Shown piece by piece: positions 56,002 through 64,000 of a DNA stretch of 64,000 bases. Positions within the stretch are counted from its first letter, which is position 1. Each line of letters starts with the position of its first letter. Location of the stretch: contig JBHGNT010000006.1 in NCBI GenBank assembly GCA_043228905.1, positions 620,001 to 684,000 of the forward strand, given 5' to 3'. A model generated the notes under the pieces. The model was not told the DNA's origin and did not search any database. It worked only from the letters and a program-made list of their open reading frames with translations. The DNA is from Azolla caroliniana. Lineage: Eukaryota > Plantae > Polypodiophyta. The position numbers and the translations under genes were made by a program.

Positions 56002-56769
56002 GTCGGGTTCACCAAAGATGTCGCATTTTTCCGCGCGTTGTCGAGGTATTCCTCGCGGATTCGTGGAATGAAGCGGGACCTCGGGGGTCCTGTACCGAAG
56101 AGCAAGAGAGAAAAGAGAAGAGACCCACTAGGTGCGAGCGTAGATTCACAGGGACACGGCCCTTCGACACAAAGACGCGAGTGGGACAGCGACACAGAGA
56201 GACACGAAGGTATGTATGTATTAACAAAGACAACAACAAGAACACGAAAGAAACAAAAACACGAAGTCGGTTACAACCGAACAGGCCGGCGAACAGATGC
56301 CGATGCCTGTTCGTAAACGTACAGAAAGAAAGGAGCAGGTTGGAGGTGCTATCGGAAGCACTCGGGCATTCCTCAGAGCAGCGCGAGCCTCCCGAAACCT
56401 GCACAGAACGAAGCTATGGAGTTTGCGTGCCCGAGAGAGAGAGAAGCCTTCCCTTCGCCAACTGACAGCCCTTCCCCCTCCCCTAGGCAAAAAGGGAGCC
56501 GTTTCCTATTAACTCCCTACCTACCGAATCCGCCTGCCTAGGATCTCCTATGTACAACATAAGGCGCACGTGCATGAAGAGCCGGTTCCTACGCTCCGGT
56601 GCACCGATTCCGCTTGTGGACGGTTTTCTTCACGACATCCGCCCCCACCTAACCGCGCATCCACTGGCATGCGCCAAATTGTGTTGGGACGGAGAAAACC
56701 GGTCCAGGCTTCATTCCCCGCCCATCGGTTCTTCCTCAGTTTCGGATCATTCGTCGTCCCGGTCCAGGT

Positions 56770-59700
56770 TAACCGGATCCGGCTCGTCGTCGTGACGCTT
56801 CTTGAACGCTTTGATCCGTTTCCCAGCTACCGGTATCGCCACTCTCGTGCCGTCGAGTTCCGCCAGATGGTGCGTCCCGTTGTCGTTGGCGCTTTGTACC
56901 ATGTAAGGCCCGAACCACCTTCTTGCGAACTTCCGTGTCGCTCAGTGCTGGTTGTCGAGGCTGCTGTCGTAGACTAGCACCCAGTCGCCTTCCTCGATCT
57001 TCTTCGGTCGGAGCCGGTGTGTTCGGTCGAACCGGGCTTTGTTCCTCATCCTTGCTTCCCGAAGCTTTTCCGCAGCCTGCTCCACGTCCTCCGGTCTTCG
57101 CTCGAGCTGTCGTATACGCGCCGCCAGCAGTTCCTCCTGGCTCATCTCGTCTCTCCAGTCCACGGTTGCCCACGAGGAGATCGTACGTTCCATCGGCATG
57201 ACCGGCTTCTGCCCAAACATGAGCTCTGCCGGCATGAACCCGGTTACCGAACTGTGCGTAGTTCGGTTAGCCCACAACGCGTAAGGCAGCAGCCGCGGCT
57301 AGTTCCCGACTTGACCTCCGCATGCCCGAACTAACGCCTTGACGATCGGTCTGTGTTCGCGCGCCACCTTTCCATTCGCCTCCGGATTGTACGCAGTGGT
57401 AAGCGAGAGCTTGACTCCTAGCCGGTCGAACAACTCCTCGGCCTCTTCGGCGTCCAACTCCCCGCGGTCAGCCACGATCTTCCCGACGCACCCGTACCGG
57501 CATATCACGTCCTCAATCAGGAACCGACATACGGCCGCGGTCGTTTTGTTCTGAAGGGCTCGGCCTTCTACCTGGTTCGTCAGATCTTCCCGAGCCAGGA
57601 CCAGATACCGCATCTGTCCTACTCCCATCGGCATCGTCACCAGGTCTACCATCCATTTGAAGTGGATGGTCGGAGGGTACGTAGGGTGAAGCTCGTCCCA
57701 ATGTCGGACTACGGAGTGCATCTGACAGCTCTCGCAAGTTGTCACGAACTGATGCACGTCCCGGTACAGTCCCGGCCACCAGTACTTCCCCTTTATCTTC
57801 TCGAACGTGGCCCACGTTCCACGGTGTCCAGCCCAAGGGCTGTCGTGGTAGGCCGTCAGCAGCTCCTCTTGTTCTTCCTTCATTGCCACCACCTGGAGTG
57901 GGACGCCGTTCCTCTTCTTCGGGTGCTTCCATAAGTATCCGTCCCGGAGAAAGAATCGGTATGCTTTCGTCTGGATCCGGTTGGACTCGTCCCTCGTCCA
58001 TGACGCATCCGGCGTCATTGTCCTAAAAAACCCACCGATCTGTAGCCACTCGCCGTCGTACTTGCTCTCGTCAAAGCCGTTAAGTGCCGGAGTGCTCGCC
58101 CCATCGGTCGTCACGTACGCCGCCTCGAAGAAGTCCACGCCGACTTCTTCGTCCTCCGAAACCATGCCGCCCTCGTCATCAAACCTCGCCCTCGAAAGCA
58201 TGTCGGCCATGGCATTGTCCTTTCCGGAAATGTGCCGTATTTCCGGGCCCAGGGACTTGATGTACGCTATCCACCTGAGCATCGCCAGGTCCGGTGTCGC
58301 GCATCCGGAAACCATGCCGAGAATTGGCAGGAAATCCGTCTCGATAATCACTTCTGTCTCGATCAGGTAGTCTTTGTCGGTCTTTACTGCCGAAACGATA
58401 CCCCAAAGTTCGCGTTTAACCTGGGCGTACCCTCGCTGTCGCTCACTGAGGACCTTTGCGCCGAATCGGATCGGGAACCGAATGCCGCCCTCGTCTTCTT
58501 GGTTGACGACCCATCCGATCCCGGTCGGACTCGTATCCACCGTTATGTATACCGGGGTACCCTTCCCGTAGACAGCCTTCCGGAGCGCCGGTGCTGCCGC
58601 AAGAGCTTCCTTCAGCTTCCGGACCGACTCCGTGTGCTCGTCTCGCCACTCGAATTTTCGCCCTTTCTTCAGCAACCCGTATAGCGGCTCCGCAACGTGG
58701 GCGTAATGTGGGATCCATATGTGGTAGAACGTGCATGCCCCCAGGAACCTCCGAACTTCCGTAACCGAGCTACAGTCGGTCTTCATCGCGGAGATGGCTT
58801 CTACCTTTGCCGGAGACGGCTTCCGCCCATATGGTCCACATAGGTGTCCGACCACCAGGATTTCTGATTGCCCGAAGGCCGATTTCTCCCCGGAGAAGGT
58901 GAGCCTCACATCCTCTAGCCTTTGTAGCACCTTCTCGCAGTCGTCGATGTGTGCTGCCACGAATCGCCGGCATCCGTCCGGCCCGAGTGTCTCGTCCTTC
59001 TCTTCCACCGGGCACCCCTTGATCGGGATGTCATCTAGAAACAGCATGGTGATGTCCGGGATGCAATCCCTCAGTACCTTGTTCATTGCATTCACCATGT
59101 GGGCCACCGAGTTGGTTCCTCCTTGCGGTAGGGTACACATTCGCACTAGGCCGAGGGGAGTTTGCATCGTCGTAATGTCTCTGCTCTCCACGGCTAGCTG
59201 GAACTGGTCGTACCCCGAGTACAGATCACCAACCGAGTAAATCGACCTTCCGGCGAAGGCCTCCGCGAACTCGTCTATGGTCGGTCCGATTCCTGCGTTC
59301 TGAATGGTCACTCTGTTGACCGGCTGCAGGTCTTGAATGAAGCGCAACGTTCCGTTTTTCTTTGGTACGGTAAACCATCGGTTCGAGTATGGGGCACTCG
59401 ACGGTTCGAGAATGCCCATATCGACTTTCTGCCTCAGTAGCTCCATCAACTCCGGGATGTGAGCTCTTGGTACCGGAATCGGCTCGAGATTCCACGGCAC
59501 ATGCGGTACCGTGAATATCACCATCGGCTCCACGATTGTCGGGTCTACGCACCCGATTTCTTCCGGTGAGAATGCGAAGGCTTTCCCGTGCCTTCTGAGC
59601 ATTCTCCGAAACTGGTCTTCCTCCGCCGGCAGTAGGAACCCGACCCCACCGATCTTGAGCTCCCGGAGCGTCCCGTCGGTGAAGGTGTGTCCTATGTAGG

Positions 59701-60278
59701 CCGGATCTCGTAAACTGGGGTCCGACGCAACCCCTCTGATTCGAGACTCGCTGCCCTCCGGTAAGGGTGCCGTGACTGGCCTTACCTTCCGGTCCACAGT
59801 CTTGTACTTCGTGCTAACTCGGGTCTTCCTCCGCCGGCAGTAGGAACCCGCCCCCACCGATCTTGAGCTCCCGGAGCGTCCCGTCGGTGAAGGTGTGTCC
59901 TATGTAGGCCGGATCTCGTAAACTGGGGTCCGACGCAACCCCTCTAATTCGGGACTCGCTGCCCTCCGGTAAGGGTGCCGCGACTGGCCTTACCTTCCGG
60001 TCCACAGTCTTGTACTTCGTGCTAACTCGGGCCGTCCGATCCGACCCGAGCCCCCGACTGAAGTTCGCGATGACTTCGTACATCTCTTCGGAACATACCG
60101 GTATCATCCGGTCTTCGTTAAGGTCTTCTCCGACTACCTTCCTCAGCATTCCTAAGGTGTCGTCGAAGGAGACCGCCTCCATGGCTCCGCTGATTTCCTC
60201 GTTCGGGCCGAGAACTCCGCACGCTCGAAGTCGCACTTCCGCCCTTGCTTTTTCTCGGCCAACGATGCCGACTAACAT
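56770..60278 (-). pseudogene. pol: Gypsy pol (RT-RNase H-integrase)
   Basis: DLYSGYDQF, LPQGGTNS, FLDD, RFLG, VDTSPTGIG, NAMADMLSR, H..H/C..C zinc finger, WMVDL, ADRGE, YNPEANG, GPY. Disrupted by a 208-bp duplication (59614-60029) and stops at 57299 and 56942. Confidence 0.92.
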
Positions 60279-60412
60279 ACACCCTCCGTCGCCGGAGAAG
60301 TAAAATCCCTTTCTTATCGTACAGGGTTTCTTCGGTTACGGTTCTATCGTACAACTGTGGGGTCTTTCTCGAGTGTCCGGACTGTCTCGGCCCCACGCCT
60401 TGGCAGCCCTTT

Positions 60413-62582
60413 CTAAAAATCCTCTCGGTTCTCGCCACTGAGGGATTCGCGGTTTCGCTCGTGGTTCGGCCGCACCGTCAGAAATTGGACCGAATGGCGC
60501 CCGTCCTGGCTTTTGACCCTCGCGTAGGCCGAACCGTTGTCCAGCACCTTGGTCTCCATTCGTGCCGCCGTGATGTATGGTTCCCCTAATATGACCGGGT
60601 GTGAGGACGTCTCCTGTACGAAGAAGTGCTGGTCAATCTCGACGTCGCCGATCTTGACTCGCACGTTCGGGCAGGCCCCATGCAGTTCCTCAATGGCGCG
60701 CGTCGCCGCCCGTATCTTCCACCCGTGCTTGGTGTTGATCGGCCACTTCCCCTTCTTATAGAAGTCCATGGACATCAGGTTTATTTCCGAACCGTGGTCC
60801 ACCAGTGCCACCACCGGATCCTGAACCTCTCCGATCTTTACCGGGGTCTCCGTGGTCGCTCGGGCCCAGTGCGGCCTCGAATAGTGGCTCTCCGCCACTC
60901 GTCTTCCATCGCCATGTCGTCGATGTGCGTCGTCCGCACCTCCACCGACCTTTCTGGTTCCGTCTCCGTCGACAGCCTCTTCCGTTTCACCAAGTCTACA
61001 ATGGAGTCGTGGAACTCCTTCTTGGCGATCCTTAGCACCTCTCGCAATGACAGCTCCACTTTGCTGTCGAGGATCCGTTCCTCTAGGACCTTCCGTAGGT
61101 CCGTAGTCCTTTCTATTTCCGTCCCCAGTCGGTATCCGCCCTTCCTGGGATTATCTTGCGAGTTGGACCTGCCGGCATCGTTCCGTCGTTGCCCGAATCG
61201 GGTCTCGTACCGTTGTGTAGGCCCGGCCGCTCCGGCTTTCCCCACTCGTTTGTCTTCTACCAGAGCCTCGTAGTTCTGGCAGGCGGCTTCTACGAAGCCC
61301 GTCTTCTCCTCGACCGGATTGCTCCACCCGGTTATTTCCCGGACACGTCTCTCAGCGCGGTCCGTTTCATCTTTCCTCAGCCGTGCGCCGGCAAGACCTT
61401 CCAGCATTGCCGACCAGAATCCGTCTTTGCCCTCCTTTCGGGCCTCGCTGCCCCCGACCCGAATGCTGGCCGACGCCGAGTAGTGGATGGCCTCCACGTG
61501 TCGGGCCACTGCCTCTTCCATCAGTCTCTTCATACCTCCTCGCCCGTCGTTTCGGTTTAGGGCCCTTCTGGTATCGCCGGCATGCACCCGACCTTCCCAC
61601 AGGTACACCACCCGGTTCCTCAACGCCTCCGCGAAATCGCTGCAGTCCTTCCGAATGTGGCCGACCTCGTCGCACCACATGCACCTGTTCCCCGCTGCCG
61701 GCCGTCGGTCACGAGCCGGTTCGCCGCCTTCCCTTCGAGTCTGGGCGATCTGGAGATCCTTTATCGCCCGCGTCAACTCCTCCAGCGCTGCTCCTCCGGA
61801 CGAGCCATTAACCATGCCGGTCGAAGCCAGACCTGTTTCGAGCCATTCCCGGGTTTCTTCCCTTCGCACTTGCGGTGCCGGTTCAAGCCTCCTTGCTGTA
61901 ACAGAGCCCACACCGGCCGCCCCGTTGTCAACCCATTCTCGCTGTCAACCCATTCTCGCCGTTTGTCGAAACGGCCACAAACTCTCTTAACCGCAGCCCA
62001 GTCGGTTGTCAGCCCGTCTTCGGTTTCCAGCAAGGAGCCGACTTGATCCCGGTCCCGCTCGTCCACCGACTTGACGAACAGTAGGACCCGACTCGTATCT
62101 AGAATGGTTCGGTCAAGCGCCGAAAGGCGCGCAAAGCATTCTTCGAACTCCCAGAGGAGTGCCGACGCGTTTCTTCCTTTGACGGGGGACTCCACCCATG
62201 CCATGAAGTCCCGTTTCGAAAGCCGGAGCGCGTCGTCCAGCCCATATTTCTCTAGGAGTCGGCCTTCGAACTCCTCCCAGGTACGGCTCTCCGCCCGTAC
62301 CTCGAGCACCTCCGCATGGATGCTCGGCATCGCCACTCGAGGGAACCCGGCAAGACGCCTCTCTTCCGGAATGTCCCGCATCAGCATTTCCGCCCTGTAG
62401 GACGCCAAATACTTCGTAGCATCCTTTCCGCTAAACCGGCCGATCGTACCAATAACCGCCTCAATGGCTCTGTCGAGGGCGCCGGTGCCCTCGCGTGTGC
62501 TCAATATCCGATCCATGGCCGAAGCCATGGCCTCTGCAAGATCCGACCCCCTCATCTTCTGCTCTTTTGCCGCCTCCTTCAC
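60413..62582 (-). pseudogene. gag: Gypsy gag-protease
   Basis: Zinc knuckle CMWCDEVGHIRKDC; protease LVDHGSEINL...ILGEPY. Frameshifts at a 17-bp duplication (61926-61959) and near 60900. Confidence 0.88.
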
Positions 62583-64000
62583 GTCGGGTTCACCAAGATG
62601 TCGAGGTATTCCTCGCGGATGCGTGGAATGAGGCGGGACCTCGGGGGTCCTGTACCGAAGAGCAAGAGAGAAAAGAGAAGAGACCCACTACGTGCGAGCG
62701 TAGATTCACAGGGACACGGCCCTTCGACACAAAGACGCGAGTGGGACAGTGACACAGAGAGACACGAAGGTATGTATGTATTAACAAAGACAACAACAAG
62801 AACACGAAAGAAACAAAAACATGAAGTCGGTTACAACCGAACAGGCCGGCGAACAGATGCCGATGCCTGTTCGTAAACGTATAGAAAGAAAGGAGCAGGT
62901 TGGAGGTGCTGCCGGAAGCACTCGGGCATTCCTCAGAGCAACGCGAGCCTCCCGAAACCTGCACAGAACGAAGCTATGGAGTTTGCGCGCCCGAGAGAGA
63001 GAGAAGCCTTCCCTTCGCCAACCGACAGCCCTTCCCCCTCCCCTAGGCAAAAAGGGAGCTGTTTCCTATTAACACCCTACCTACCGAATCCGCCTGCCTA
63101 GGATCTCCTATGTACAACATAAGGCGCACGTGCATGAAGAGCCGGTTCCTACGCTCCGGTGCACCGATTCCGCTTGTGGACGGTTTTCTTCACGACAGCG
63201 TGTGTAGAATAAGGCGGGACCACGGGAGTCTTGGACTAGGGAGTAGATGGGAAGATGGGTATGAGGAAAGTGGAAGAGATTGACACGGTAGAGATAGTAG
63301 AAAGAGACAATATTTATGAAGTTATGTATATTATGGGCATGAAAGCTGCAATGCGATTACAACCACGGCCGCGTGGGCTGGGCTCAAAACATAAGTAGAA
63401 TGTAAACCCTAATCGGATAAATAAAGAAAGAGATGAAGAAACCCTGGAAGAAACCTTAAACCCGAATAGAAACCCTTGACCTAAGTAGTATACCTTTTCT
63501 CACTCAAAATAGGCAACCCCTTCAATGGTGCCCCTTCCTCTCCTTTTATAGCATAAGGAGAGAAAGCCGTTACAAAAAGGAGGGACTAAATATCCCCTTC
63601 ATTCAATGGGGTGATATTTGCTTAGATTCTTGGAGGAGGGATCGATGGGGCCTTAACTCCCACTCCTCACACATACTATTGTGCCCATTACTCACCTCGT
63701 ACTCTTATGTACCCCTCTCTTTCTCATGTGGATGTGCACATAAGTGCACATCACATTTACATTTTAGGAATCTTGTGGTGCATTTCTTACAATTTACATT
63801 TGTTCTTATTAATATTTTACAAATACATCATGTGCGTGTGCAATGTTGCACACCCCGGTTTTGCTCACTCCGCTCGGTTTTCCCCCTATGGACGAAAATC
63901 TTCACGACAACGGTAGTTCGATTCATATGTGTGTTGTTTCGATTGGATCTCACCGAGCGACGTGACACAACTATAGTCCCCAACCACAAGACCTTGAGTC

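Larger units (their letters stand above)
56039..63197 (-). mobile_element. Full-length Ty3/gypsy LTR retrotransposon (young but mutated)
   Basis: 599-bp LTRs 62599-63197 and 56039-56637 (~13 differences by eye), tRNA-Trp-type PBS at 62579-62595, PPT at 56638-56649, flanking GCGT on both sides. Order gag-PR-RT-RH-IN. Confidence 0.96.
53845..63909 (-). mobile_element. Non-autonomous gag-only Ty3/gypsy element (TR-GAG-like), 5' LTR interrupted
   Basis: 3' LTR 53845-54573; 5' LTR 63909-63198 plus 56038-56019; PBS at 56000-56014; PPT at 54574-54585. The ~1.45-kb internal region holds one ORF and no pol. Confidence 0.88.
53291..63967 (+). mobile_element. Probable solo LTR (53291-53844 + 63914-63967) split by nested gypsy elements
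   Basis: Ends ...cgtgaCA, begins cgt (TG mutated?), flanked by CAAC at 53287-53290 and 63968-63971, TATA-like ctataaaa at ~53617. Confidence 0.45.

Noticed and set aside
54800-63100. Many overlapping antisense and alternate-frame ORFs
   Set aside because: Expected shadow ORFs in GC-rich gag/pol and LTR sequence.

Overview
AT-rich eukaryotic (land-plant, probably fern-like; inference) nuclear DNA. The left ~44 kb holds five recognisable protein genes: an intronless U-box/ARM E3 ligase, a class-3 lipase, a 10-exon DEDDy 3'-5' exonuclease (mut-7/Nibbler-like), SWC6/SEF and a thioredoxin h. It also holds a candidate 39-aa membrane microprotein gene, LINE fragments and a tRNA-derived element sitting in (GA)n microsatellites. 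The right ~19 kb is a retrotransposon nest in an old LINE: a decayed Ty1/copia element carrying two solo LTRs, and a probable solo LTR containing a gag-only non-autonomous Ty3/gypsy element, whose 5' LTR in turn contains a related gag-pol element. Both gypsy elements have a tRNA-Trp PBS; the inner one has a candidate -1 frameshift between protease and RT. Short tandem duplications recur throughout, and in three genes the duplicated segment includes a 3' splice site. All coordinates, exon models and identities were derived by eye; no searches were run.
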